DNA of 64,000 nt. It comes from Xylographa opegraphella (lineage: Eukaryota). Under the pieces are notes generated by a model. The model saw only the letters and a list, made by a program, of their open reading frames with translations. It ran no database searches and had not been told where the DNA came from. A program made the position numbers and the translations under genes. The stretch covers positions 310,001 through 374,000 of the forward strand of contig JALDZX010000009.1 in assembly GCA_022813865.1 (NCBI GenBank), given 5' to 3'. This document shows, one piece after another, positions 1 to 13,331 of the stretch; position 1 is the first letter of the stretch; every line of letters starts with the position of its first letter.

Positions 1-1290
1 AAGCGCTGGAACCGTCATCTACTGGACTTAGCCCGGATCAAGCTACGCTTTGAGCGCGTGTAAGGCGTTCGTAGAGTTCTTGATTGTATATCCACAGTGC
101 GTAAATCGTTTATTTTTCGGAGAGTTTGGGGGGCCATACAATGCCTCATGTCTGCAAAAAAGCTCGGGTATATCGTTGTTGTTGTAGATAGCCTTCGATT
201 TTCTACTACGGAACTACGCTACTGTGTAGGCTAGGGCTTATACACGCCGCTAGTCTGAGCACGTGATCCTTCCTCCTACATCGGTAAGCACAATCCCTCC
301 ACCGCGAGGTCGATATCTAGCCATACTTTATTCTCAGCGCTTATAGCACGCTTTCATTCCTCAAGTCCCGTTTGCCAATCAACCCCTCCGGTCCTCCGGT
401 CCTCCGGTGATCAATAGCAGGTGCTCCCTCCGCTGCATGCTTCAGACTCCATCCCCTCGCCACAAAAGTGCCGCCAAGCCTACAACCGAGCGACTAGATA
501 CGTCTCGTCCGCTGTAACTGGTCGCTGCTACGTGCGGGATATCGTTGTCAATGGGAAGGATGTTTTAATCACCGAGTACGGGGACGGCTGGGTATCGGAC
601 TGAACCAAGATGGATATAGTGCTTTGCAGAGCCGAGGGGCGGATGGTTTTGCTGCTCGGCGGTTGGGATACCAGATAGGTGGGACATCGACACCATGGAG
701 CGGACGCTGGGAAGGTGGATGAGAGCGCCGGGGGACTTTTGTGGGAGGTACGCGCGCTCTTTGCGGGCCACTATGCCACTATACATGGAGGCCATTTGCG
801 TGGCAGCACCGCTGCTTGGCCTGTAGCGTAGTATCAAATACGGTATCTACAATAACTCGTCCTCAGGAGCGGAAGGCGCACGTTGTACGTGCTCTCCCAT
901 CATGGATTTGAGGCAAGGAGCACGATTTTATGTAGTACACTATTAGACTGGCAGACGGTCTGGCAAGTCAGTCGGACAGAAAGGAGTTACCGCCGTAGAG
1001 TCCCGTAGCCTCCTTGCTCGACCTGTATTCGCCATATCCTGTCGTAGCCCGAAGGGCAATATGCCCCGCTCAACCACCGGTCGGCGAGAACACCTGACAC
1101 TAGAATGGGCATTATAACCACGAGCATCGCGGGATGGGTGCTTGAGTGCCATTGGCGAGCTTCGATATCAAAAGTGCTCTGCACAGATAGATATGTATAG
1201 GGGTGTCATGCGGACTGGGAGGTTGGCAGGACCGTCCCGTACTTCGCCGCTGGAGTCGTTGCTTGGATGGTTGCGGTCCATGGATTGTCC

Positions 1291-1450
1291 CAGGACGAGG
1301 TGCGTATCATCGCAACCTGTACTCTTGCTGGAGACCCACTATCATGCGGCATCAAGGCTTCCTAAGTCCTAGGACTATGTCCGTATCATCGTAACCTGTA
1401 CTCTTGCTTGAGACCCGCCATCGTACGGCATAAAGGCTTCCTGGGTATCC
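1291..1450. repeat. Diverged tandem duplication, ~79-bp unit x2
   Basis: gtatcatcgcaacctgtactcttgctggagaccc...aaggcttcct (from 1304) recurs as gtatcatcgtaacctgtactcttgcttgagaccc...aaggcttcct (from 1383). Confidence 0.8.
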
Positions 1451-4400
1451 TTCGATCTCCAGGCATCGCCGCAGAAGTAGCAAAATGATCACTCACGAAA
1501 CTATAACGGCGAACTGGAGAAATGTAAAAGGCTGATCTGCCATCACGCCCGCTCTGCACTGTCAGATTGTCGGTCTGGACACGCACGTAAAAAAAGTTAT
1601 CGAACAGAAGGAAGCGCAGTCCGCGACGGGTAGTGCGGGTCTCGTCTCTCGCATCCAGTGGAATCGGAGACTACCATAGGCAGTGCGAACAAGTTTCCTT
1701 CCTCGGATCGGGGTTTGGTGTGCATTGGATACTTGCTCAACAGTAGCATGGAGAGATGGCCTGAGTCGATGTTGACGAGGCGATCTCCGGTGCTACGAGC
1801 ACACACCCTCGGAAGCCGCCTGTCGCTCGAGAAAAGTTCAAGACGACAATAGACAAAGAGAAAAAGCTGCACGTCTCAAGAAAAAGAGGGTATTGAGTCC
1901 GCTGGCTTCCGGTCCACGTCTTGCGTGACGAAGGGGCGAAAGGGGATGAAAACAAGCGTGGACATGCACCTGCGAAAGAGAAGCAAAACAAGCCGACGAG
2001 GCCAGGCCGCGGAGAACAATAGAAACTACAACACCTGGCTTCGTGGCTGGTAAGCAAAGCTCCATCGAGGTTCCAAACGGTCACATCAAAAAGCCTCATC
2101 GGCTCGTGCTGATGGTGGAAGCATACTCTGTAGTCGGCAAGAACAGCTCGAGGGAAGATGAGCCAGTCGCATGACCTCACAGATAGACACACGCAGCAAG
2201 GCCGTGGCGCAGACAAGTATCTCGAGTCCTGGCACGAGAAGTCCTTTCCCTGTGGCCGGGGCCTGTCTCTCCACACCGAAGTCCTGCCAAGCCCCGCGCC
2301 TCGCACTCGGCCCACGAACATGAGCAACGACCAAAACTTACCCCGCCCTCATCGGAACGAAGCGGTCAGCCAGCAGATCTAGACTTTAGGATATCGGATC
2401 GGAAGGGCTTCAGCGGCCAGCGGTCAGCCGGGGGGGGATCTTGATATCGGATGAGTTACGCTTGGGATGCAAGCCACAACATCGAAGCATCTAGAGTACT
2501 TGGTAGTCTCCCTTCACAGGAATCATTGAGGCGGAAGAAGCATCTGGTATGTGCATCCGGGGAGCCGTATGAAGGGTATCCTAGCCGCTCCATAGCCGCT
2601 CCAGCCCCTTCGTGCATGCCGTGCAAGCCAAAAGTGCGTCGCATCGATTTGCTGCTGCACCCCCCCGTGACTTTGCTCGGCGAAAAGAGCCCCAGTGCTC
2701 GCCGTACGTGCAACACAAGCCGCAGGTTCAGCAAGCATAGGCGCTGGTGCTGCAATCCGACAGCGCGTCCTGTTTCCATCACTCCTGCCGCTGTCCTCCG
2801 TGTCGGGAGATCTGCAATGGAGGCATTTCGTTTGATAACTTTGATAGCGGACTTCGACGCCTCCATCCATCCTTTACTGGCCAATCACGATGCATGGAAT
2901 ATTGGCATCGATGTGATCTGAAGTGTCATCGCCCACGGGATGGGAAAAATCCTCGGAGTCATTCGGGTTACGGCTTACAGCTAAACCTCCTGTTCTGTTC
3001 GCGCGCGTGGCACACAGTCGAACGCATGGAAGCACAATGGCTTGACACGTTCTCGAAACCCTTGCCGACGACATCTCTCCCGCCTCTCGACCGCAAGCTA
3101 CACCGAGGAGTCAAAAGGCCAGGATGTGAGCGAAATTATGGGCGAGACCGTCACCGGCGTGGCTTTACGGACACCTCCCCGGCTGCTGATGGCTGAATCT
3201 AATGACTGGTAGGATCGAAGCCCACCCCGTCACCCGGACGGAACGATGAGGGCGTGGAGCGTGGTCAAGCTTCTGGAGTCGCATCTCGGCTGGATGGTCT
3301 ACTCGGCCGAAGTGGCCGGCGCAGTAGCATCATTGCGACGTTGACTTACTGTGCATCCGTCCGACAGGCGGCACAAATCACCACCAACTCGTACAGGGCA
3401 TCTGTCGTAGGATGTGGGTTCTGTCCACACCGTTCCCAGAGGACTTGGGCCGAGTACGAGTTGGAGTGGAATTGCATTTCCGCTCACCCGATTGAAATGC
3501 AGATCTCCAACAAGCACGCTGACTGTCCCATTAACTTCTCCAGCATCCAGGAATGCACTTCGGTTGGCTGACGGAAGGAGCTTTTGCCACCAGAGTACCT
3601 GATAGGTACCTCGGATGCTTCGGGCGAGTTGGAGTTCTGTGCTGTGTAGTCGCGCATCTTTTGATCGGTCGATGAGCACCTCGCTCTCGCGACGTTATGT
3701 GCATTAGGATATCGAAAGCCTGCATCCTACTACTCAAAGATACTACAAACGCATGCGGTGGGTGAGAAAATCGGGGAATAAGTTCGCGAGACTTGCATCT
3801 AGTTCGGCGGCTTCGCCCAATGGCATTTCGAATCCGTCCCAAAATTGCATGAGATATCTTGGTCCGGCCGTGGGAAGTCGATGAGCTTGACCGGGTAATC
3901 TCTAAGAAAGAGCTGCGAGGGAATGCCCGTGCTCGATGCTAGTACGTCGTCGTTGGCACACGAGCCGATCATCAAGTGTACTGTGGTCCTACGTCGTAGG
4001 TACGCATTTACTACGCACTCCTAGTACCCAACGATCATGGAAGGCCTCGTGTGTCCGATGATCAGGATTGCTTCCTAGGTTGGCGGATTCCCGTTGCTGT
4101 CGTGGATCAAGTACTTCCGGCACCACTCCGTACGGAGAGGACGACTGGAACTCTGGTGACAATCACGCACGGCCATGGCGAAGAGGCCCGATGTTGTACT
4201 TTGTACTTTGTAGCAGGCGATCAAGTCGAGACCGTCCACAGCAAAGCCGGTAGTAGTACCTCCGTACTTCCTACTCTCTTCACGGAGTTGGCCGCCAAGG
4301 ATCCAACCAGTCGTGTGGTTCAGAGTCGAAGTACATACCACAGTAATACACCGTGCACAAGTACGACTGATCCAACGGAGCAAGGACTTGCCGCAAGGCC

Positions 4401-7306
4401 AAGAAGAATCCTGCCACAGCCAAGCTTGGTTACGCCCGGCGAGCCCAGCATGCATGGACAAGTGTGAGCACTGAGCACTTCCCTAGTCGCTCATCGACTG
4501 ACACGGTCGATGGACGCACTCGTTTAGTTCATGCATTGCATGTTAGGAACTGGCCACTGAACGGCTACCGCCCATACTATTTCAGCCATCTAATCAATTC
4601 TTCTGAATCTTAATCTCCGACCAAACAACTGCAGCTGTGCCATTCGGGGGCGTTTGACCTTGCCCCAAGCCAAAGGATGTGGCAGAGGCAAACGGCCGGG
4701 CGCAGAGGCGGACCAGGACTGGTTTATGCTCGATAATCTGATTGGGCGTCACCCTCCCATCACACCGACATCAGACACGATATCTGACTCGGACGTGCAC
4801 ACCCTGTGCATCCCACCGGCAAACTCTGCCTCTGAAGACTATTTGAGCAGTAAGGTAATGGCAAGGGGCCTTGAGCGTACGCAAGCACTACCTACCTACC
4901 TGACCTTCCGAGGCGCTGTGCTGGAAATGGCGCCATCGGGACAGGCAGCTAGCAAGTGACGGGTGAAGGGGGTCAGACACGATGCACGGTCAGCCATGAT
5001 GGCCCGCGGCCGGCCAGCTCAGACGGGAAGCGATAGGCCCGAGTTTTGATGCAGGAGGGTGGATGAGTGCATGAGGAAACGACGGTACAAGCCTCATCGC
5101 CAGCACGCAGCCGGGGCGACCATAGAAGAGGGGCCATTGGGCGGGCATCCAACGATTTCACAAGTGATGCACTTATGCACAAGGCTGGGTTCAACCGCCG
5201 GTGCAACGAACGACGACGACGACGACGATGACGGGGCAAAGCGGATGCGAGGCCCCAAAATGATTCGCGTGGGCGTGCATCATCTCTTTCCAACCCAGCT
5301 TCTGCGATCATCCCAGGAGTCAAGGGTGGATAGGTGGGGTTGTTGGGGGGGGGGGGTGGAGTTGTCGCCGTCGGCAGTATGCGCAGGGAGAGAGTTTATT
5401 CTCTGGCAGAAGCCTTGCGCTGCTTCCAGCCAACGCTGGCCGTCCATTTGGGCATTATTGGGTAGTGCCGTTCCAGAGTTTTGCAGTTCAGTCACACAAG
5501 CACCCACACACGCGCACACGCACACACACACGCCAAGTTTCCATCCCCAGCAATGCATGAAATTGGAAAAAGACGCGGTCGGAATTGGATCAGCCGAAAG
5601 GAAGGGAAACGTCACGACGACTAGGCCCGGAATGGCTAGCGGCAGTTGGCGCTAGAGGACGCGGCCCCTTGGCTCGGGTCATGTGAGCGGGCTGACGCGG
5701 AGGGGGGGGGATGAGCCAATCACGGGCTCGGCGGCCTCGAAAAAGGACAGCTGTCCAAGTCGGACGACGAAAGCAGAATGAGGCGACGCTGTGACAAAAC
5801 TTACGTCGCTAGTCGCTCGCCCCGGGCGTATTCGCCAGCACCTGCCTGGCCAATCACGACGCACTGACCGCTTTTCCCTTTCACACCCGCGGCCCGTGTT
5901 GCTTGCTCGTTTCTGCCTTCCTTGGGAGTCTCGGAGTCTTGGATTCTTTTTTCGGGTCACGAGCCAACGGAACGCTTCCACGGTCGAGAGTGACAAGTCA
6001 ATCGCCCCCAAGGCATCATTCCGGCAAACGATGACTCTCAACGCACAAAGGGGAGAGGACGCTAACCCAACACAGATTGGCCTCCAACCCCAACGGGGCT
6101 ACCGTCCTTCCGGTCCACGTTCCTCTCAACATCATGGCCGCCTAGGTACATGACGGGCGCCAGAGAAGCCCAAGCCCAGAATCCTTTGACGGAGTACGTA
6201 GTAGTACAGTACTGGAGTAAAACGCCCCATCGCTGGTCTCGCTTGGCTGCTTTTTGAGCGAGCGTTGTCGTCGGATTGGCAACGACGTCTTTGCCACTGA
6301 GGGCGGGTCACTTTCCGTCGCACTCCACCGTCCATCTTTGTCCCGAAACAGCGCAGGACTTGTTTTTGAATTCCTGTTCGCTCATCAGTCATCAGCCCAT
6401 CAGCCATGCGCCAAGTGGTCCATCGAGGCACCCCCCCCCAGGGTGGTCGGGATGCCCTGCTGGCGCTCGGCCTTGTTCATCGGTCTGACTTAGCTTCCCT
6501 TGTGGCCCCCGCCTTCACCCACGCCCCGACCCTGATCCCTGCAAGCGTGGAGCGAGTGATTCACACCGTATCAGCATTTAGCAGCTTCACCTTCTTCCCA
6601 AAACGCCCCGTCTGTTCGATTCGGACTCTTGAGCAGAAGCAGTACTGCACGCCTCCATCACGGCCCCCCGGCTATGTAACTTACCTCACCTGCTCCCTGC
6701 CCTCACTACACTACTACCCGCTAACCCCAAACCCTCGCTGGGGCCCGCCTTATTTGATCTGCTGTTGCTGCATCCCCTCCAACCAGAATCCGTTCACGCT
6801 ATCCCCCAAACATTTACAACCTGCCACACCCACTTCCCCCCCCCCTCCTCCAACTTGACTGGCCACCTGCTAGTCAACTGGAACTGAAGCTGCCTTCAAA
6901 AGCGAAATACAGTTCCCGCCATCATACCTTACCACCACCNCCCCCAAACAACAAACCCCACTACAGCTTCAACTTCATTATCCTCTCGACGCCGGCTTCC
7001 TTCCTAATCAACCTTGCGCCCCGCTACGCTTCCTCACTCCCATCGTTCCAATTCTCACATTCCTTTGAAACCTCTTGGTCGCCTATCTTGGGCCTATCCT
7101 GGTGATCTTCCTCCTCCCAAAGGTCAGCCTCATTAAACCCTCCGCCAGCTCCATATATTGCAGGTCTCCAGAGCGAATCTATTGCCACTTGGGAAAGAAA
7201 GGAAATCAAAACAGCCCACGGAAAGAGCCCACTGTTGTTGTTGTTGTTGTTCTTGCTGTTGCTCGATCTGCTTGTGCTTGGTACGGGTATTGTGCGGACT
7301 GCCATC

Positions 7307-8664
7307 ATGTTGCCCACACCGCCGCCATCTCCGTCGTTAGGATATTGCGCTCCAGAGGATCGACTGGGCCTCTTGCTGGCAGGCCGTCTGGAGCTCACCG
7401 GCATCCTGGGCGTTGGCGCCTACGGGGTCGTATACACCGCCGTCGACATCTTTACAAACACCCCATATGCCGTGAAGGCGCTGAACAAGATTGGCTTGGA
7501 TCCCCGCCAGCGGCGATTTCAACAACGGGAGATCCAGTTGCACCACGAGGCCAGCCATCATCCCAATGTAGTGTCCCTGGTCAAGATCATGGATTCCAAG
7601 GACTGCACCTTTGTCGTCCTGGAGTACTGTCCCGAGGGAGACTTGTTCACAAGTATCACCGAAGGCGGGTACTACATCGGTAATGATCATTTGGTCAAAC
7701 AGGCCTTTCTGCAGATCCTGGATGCCGTAGACTTTTGTCATTCCATTGGCATCTATCACCGTGACCTGAAGCCAGAAAATATCCTGGTCACCGATGCTGG
7801 ACGCACCGTGAAGCTGGCAGACTTTGGACTTGCGACCAAGGACGAAATTACCTCGGACTTTGGCTGTGGATCGACATTCTACATGTCGCCAGGTAGGGCT
7901 CCCGCGCTCTTTCTTCCCCGGGGTTTTTTTGTATTTTTATTTTTTTTACTGACCTTGTCGACCCATCAGAATGTCAGTCGTCGGCTCCAAAGCCGAGTTC
8001 GTGCTATGCCTCCGGACCAAATGATATCTGGTCGCTCGGAGTGATCCTAGTAAATCTCACATGTGGACGTAATCCGTGGAAGCGAGCATCCGTTGAGGAC
8101 GCCACCTTCCGGGCCTATCTCAAGGATTCTCATTTCCTAAGCTCCATCCTGCCTCTTTCTCCCGAACTGGATCGTATCTTGAGACGCATCTTTGAGTGTG
8201 ACCCTGCCAGACGGATTACTCTTCCAGAACTGAGACAGCTCATTTTGAGATGCCCACGGTTCACCACTCGCCAGACCTTGCCACCCACTCCACCTTGTGG
8301 AATGGATTTTGCTCAAGAGGTTGTTTACCAGGCTCCACCAGTGTTTGTCAATCAGGCCGAGCAGTTCAACGGCCTGACCTTCGCACCCCCATCGCCTTCC
8401 TCTCCAACGCACATTACAACGCAACACTCGAACCTCACCTCCATCTCGACTGGCTCCTCCCCATCGGAATCCGGATCCTGCTTCTCCGCGTCCTCGTCAT
8501 CTTCCTCAATGTCCGCTTTCGAGGCCGACCCTCCCCGCCAGCCGAGTGAGTGCGTTGTCATTCAGCCGCCAGGCAACTTTTACGGCAACATGTTCCCCTC
8601 CATGGATTGGACGTCGAAACCATTGGTCCCGCAACCCTTCATCTCACCTATACCATGCTACTAA
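7307..8664 (+). CDS. Ran1/Pat1 (SKS1/VHS1)-family Ser/Thr protein kinase, 2 exons
   Basis: GVGAYGVVY loop, YAVKAL, HRDLKPEN, DFGLA, GCGSTFYMSPEC and VNLTCGRNPW. A GT-AG intron at 7893-7969 joins ORFs 7235..8044 and 8041..8664. Ser/Pro-rich tail. Confidence 0.93.
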
Positions 8665-9365
8665 GGATTTTTTTAATACGACCTGTACTGGCGCCTTGCC
8701 CATCTCTTGCTTGTGTATTTGACTATAGATTTTCTTGCCACGATCACGACCGCGAAAGCTTTGCTACCGTTTTAATGCATTTATGAAGAAAAAAAGCGAA
8801 AAAAATTAGACGGAGGTCATTCTTTGATTTTGAACAATTTTTGGTGGAGGGCAAATGTATTACTGGCGCAACGAGGTCTCGGGAGAGAGAGCCACACGGA
8901 CCGAGACGTGCATATCTTGCGGATCCCTACGACGGAGGATTGGCCTGGCTGTGGTTGTTGTTTTTGTTTTTTTGTGGCACTGTTGCCACCCGTTTGAGGG
9001 GATGAGGTGGGGCATGTCCGTCAACTGTACTTTTTCCACTTTCACTTCCACTTTTACATAATTCGTGCCCAATTTTTGGCGTCAAAACATCGGATATACC
9101 ACTGCGGACAAAGGGCGGAAGGTGGGGCTGGAGAGGCTATTTTGCGTTTTGCGGGCAGAGAGAGAGAGAGGAATGGAGCGACGACATGGACAGCGCAGGC
9201 ATCCTCTACCCACGAAGGGAGAGAAGAAACGAGAGCTGCACCACACCCACACCCCACCGGCTCCGCTGAAAAGAAGTATCCTGGGCTAGGGCTGGTGCGG
9301 GTCTCCACCCTAATTTTACACGCTATTTTCGAGACAGGACGAGCACGAGCACGAGCGAAGAAGAC

Positions 9366-9368
<3 letters not shown>

Positions 9369-9407
<39 letters not shown>
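9369..9407. repeat. (AG)n microsatellite
   Basis: Uninterrupted AG dinucleotide run of about 19 units. Confidence 0.95.
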
Positions 9408-9410
<3 letters not shown>

Positions 9411-11370
9411 GGATATTGAATGATACGTGGGCCCGCCAATGCCTTATGCAGAACACAGGACCTACCTCCTAGAGGACCGGGCTCGTCTCAGCTCAGCTCA
9501 GCTCAGCGCAGCTCGGTGTCGTGCGCGCAGACCACAGCTGCTCGGCTGCTCAATTTGTCTGTTTCACTGCGCTTTCCTCTTTGCTTGCTGCCGCTATTTG
9601 GCGTGATGTGAAGTGTTGTGTTGTGATGCTTGTGCTGTGCGGATCTGCTTGACCCTTTCGCGCTGCTTTGACGCCCACGCCTGTTGGTGCGTGCAGACCG
9701 GAGCAGGCCGCGTTTACGGAGGACATCCATCAAGAATCGAGAATCGACAATCAGTCGAACCGCGCGGGTCGTTTAATCTACCTCAGGAACGTGAAGTCAT
9801 CGAGCCCGTTGAGCTAGCGAGTCCCGTGCCCCCCTGATTGTGCTGTGCGTGCTGTGCTGTCCCGTGCTGGTACAAGTACTCCTTTACCCATCTACCTACG
9901 ATTCAATTGTTTCTGGAGATTTTATGTAGTGCGTCAGGATGTGGGATGTGTCCGTGTCCGTGTCCGTGTCCGGGAGAGCGTTGTAAGGGGAGGCAAAGGG
10001 AAGGGAAGCTTATGACATGATATGATATGAGCGCCATCGGGTCCGTTCATTCATGCATATAGGTATCTATCCACGAAAGTATCTATCCAAAAACATCCCA
10101 ACCAATTCCTCCCCGAGGATTCGAACCACCTCTTTTAGGAGCTTAGGTAAGCCAGATTCGATCGACTTCGCTCCTTTTGGGATACGCAGTCGGCCCGTGC
10201 CATGATAAGGTAGCCAACCTTCCCCAAACTTCCATAGACCGTGAAGTCGAGGAAGCGGCAGAGTGAAGGTAGACTAACCTTTAGCTAAAGATACCATGCC
10301 CATGCCTTATTACGGAGTATGTACCTGCGAAAGAGTCGGGCGTTGCTTAATCCTTCGCTGGTCCAATTGGCCCCCCCCCCCCTCTAAATCCCATTATGAG
10401 ATTTACTCGCTTCCGCGTGGTGGATTGCTAGACTGGAATACTGTATATCTACCTACATTGCTTGGTGCCGCTTTCGTGCGTGACAGGCTGGTGGTTTGGT
10501 GGCTTGGACGCTGCTGGCACGCACGCTTGTTCGCTTCACTTTCTGGGCTAGGTGCTGGGTTGGAAGGGTTCGAAAGTGGGTAGTGGCTAGGGAAGGTGGT
10601 GATTGGCCGCCCTGTCTCGCCCTCCTATGCCCTGCTCTGCTCATGCGCTGCGCGTGATGTGTGCCGTGCTGCAATGACGTGCGAAGTGCGAAGTGCGCAG
10701 TGCGCAGTGCGCATGTGGACCGGCGGCATGACGACCTCTGTTTTTTTGGTTTTGTGTGCTTCTGTGCTTCTGGAAGGGGGGACGGAGGGAGAATGGGAGA
10801 GAGGGAGGTTGGGCGACCAGGGAACGGAGGTGCATTGGAAATTGTGCAGTGTGCATTCGGTGTGGTGGGTATCCTTCCTGCTGGCCGTTGGGCCTGGTGT
10901 GTTCCGGGTGATGCTTGGAGGTTCTGCTGCTGGTGTTTATGTCGGTGATTGTTCACGCCGCGGCGAGTGTGCATGTGTGTATGCTTCATGCTGATCGTTC
11001 ACGCTGGCCGTTTGGACTGCTGCGCCGGTTATGCGTGTCGTCTATGCCGTGGTAGCTTTGTGTGTGTAGTGCATGTGTGCACGGGGGATGAATGGGCATC
11101 ACAGTGGCTTAGGGGCGCTGGGATTTGGGAGAGAGGAGCGGAGAGGAGGTTGATGGAGGGTGAGGAGAGGTTTGGATGCACGGGTGGTGAGTCTCGATTG
11201 CAGTAATGTGTGGTTTGGTGATTGGGATTCGGATCTTGCTGCTGCCGAAACGAAGTACTGGCTGTCTACCTGCTGCGGTGATCGTCGGGGACGTCGTAGA
11301 GAGGTCTTCGGCCCCCAGTGTATCGTCGGCCTTCCTCTTGCTGGTCGTGCGTGTCAGGACGATAAGTCGA

Positions 11371-12330
11371 TCAAGCCGGGAAGCCTCCACCTGTGGGTAA
11401 TGCTTCTGAGGTGATCGACTGCTGCCAGCATTGACACCCAGCCCGGCTTTCTGTAGGACTGCTCTTTTTGATTCGCGGCTGTGTTTTTAGATTCGGCAAT
11501 CCGTGTGGGTCTCTGCAGTCGGCTGGGAAACACGCGTCAGTAAAGTTCTCAATTGTTTCGAGAAGATCTGCCATGGCAGCAGCCCAGGCAGATTCTGTCC
11601 TGTGAGTCCGAAGAGATGTGGAGGGTGTCTCTCTTCGGCCCACGGGGGGGCTAAGATCGTTTAGTGCTGTCATTGCTTCCGATAACGTCCCCTGTGCTTG
11701 CTGGAAGGGAGGTATGAGTGCATGCAGGATTTCTCTCAGTACTACAAACATTGCCCCGTGCTTGTTCTCAAGGGCGGTCTCCGAACAGATACCATGCAGG
11801 ATTTCTCTTGGTAGTCTACCACAAACTTTGCCCGAGCTTGTTCTCACAGGACTTCGGCCAGACACCATGCAGGACTCCCAACGGGATGATCTCCGCGTCT
11901 GACGGCTCTTCAGCAACGCACTTAGAGTCTGAAGATCCAAGATCCATGGCTGTAGCTTCTCCGCCAGGCTGTTCATGGCCCATCATTGTGGCATCGACTA
12001 GCGATGTGCGCAGCACATGAGCCAAATCGCATGGAATCCTACATGCTGCAAGATGGAAAACACTCGAGAGGTAAGGCAAGGCAGGTACCACCAGCTTATG
12101 CGCTAGAGTATAGCGAGACTAGTGCGGTATTGTGTATAGTATCCGACACCTCCAAGTCCCCTTCTCAGCAGCACATCCAAGACGTAAACCGCCGTCAGGA
12201 TCTCTGCGCCGAAGTCCTCTCATCATGGCTTGCCCCTCCACCAGACCTGCACCTCGACTGCATCGATCCGAGATTTCTGTGCTGCATATCGTTCAACCAG
12301 GTCTCATGCCACATCCACTGTCCAAAGTCC
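11371..12330 (-). pseudogene. Probable decayed coding remnant containing a ~72-bp tandem repeat
   Basis: Protein-like minus-strand translation broken by stops (DLVERYAAQKSRIDAVEVQVWWRGKP**EDFGAEILTAVYVLDVLL). catgcagga recurs at 11721, 11793 and 11866. No family recognised. Confidence 0.3.
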
Positions 12331-13331
12331 TTCCGTGGCAGTGCAGCCAAGACTTACTACCGATGCAGTCATCTTGACAGCGCGTCAACTAATCATCACG
12401 GGATTACACAGAAACAGGTTGTGACGCAGGCTCCCACTCCGTCCAGCCACCGCAAGCTGGCCCATGTCTGTCAAGATTCCGCTCACGAGGCTGGCCAATC
12501 GACGTGGAGCACAGCTGGTTTCGGAAGAGGCCATCGGCTTTGATGCGGATTGCGACATACATCTGCTCTCACCCACGCCGTTGTGAAGGATGACACCGGG
12601 TAGTTGAGTTTGCCGTTGGGCTGGGCCCCAAGGCAAGGCAGGCCTGCTTTCTCGTTGCAAGGTTGACCACTTCGATTCGGGAAGCTGCCCCAGATTCCTG
12701 CACGCTAGTGCTAGTCAGACAGAGCATATCTATGTGTCACAGCGGTCAAATATGTACTCTTCATGGTCTATTACACCGGAAATGGAAGGCAAGGAATCTC
12801 GGAATCCACAGATTTCCAATACGTCAGTGCATAAGGATCTTACACAAGGCAGTCTGACACGGAGACTGGGTATTGGTAGCACAAAATAACAGGACGCTCA
12901 GTCCGGCTGTTGGCGGTTAGGCCTGGGCTGTGTGGATCGTAAGAGCCTTTCAAGTCAGAAGAAGGGAATGTTGGCCCATGGGTTTTGGTTTTATCTGAAG
13001 GTATGTTGAAACAGACGAGGTAACTGTGAGTTAATGATGGCTCTGCAGGGAGAACGGTGATCGGATCTAATGTTTATTTGTTTCTCTTGCATCTTTGATA
13101 TCGCCTTTACTTTCTGTCTCCGATATGCAACATTTAGATCTATGTGGCACACATAGGCTTCATATTCTAAAGCACGTCTCGGAAACTTCTGATCATGGTA
13201 GACAGTAATGCGCAGACTGGAGTATGTTCAAGGCTTTAGCGTCACCAAACTACTGTTATCAAGTATGGGGGCTGCCAAGTTTTTTGTCCTTGCCACATAC
13301 ATAATTGGTTGCAAATTGTATCCCCTTTCCA

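Noticed and set aside
7106..7306. Non-AUG N-terminal extension or signal peptide of the kinase
   Set aside because: The hydrophobic stretch is just a (TTG)n microsatellite. No independent support.
10095..10190. tRNA-like T-loop (GGTTCGAATCC on the minus strand, ~10117-10127)
   Set aside because: The T-stem pairs poorly and no acceptor, D or anticodon stems can be built. At most an isolated B-box.
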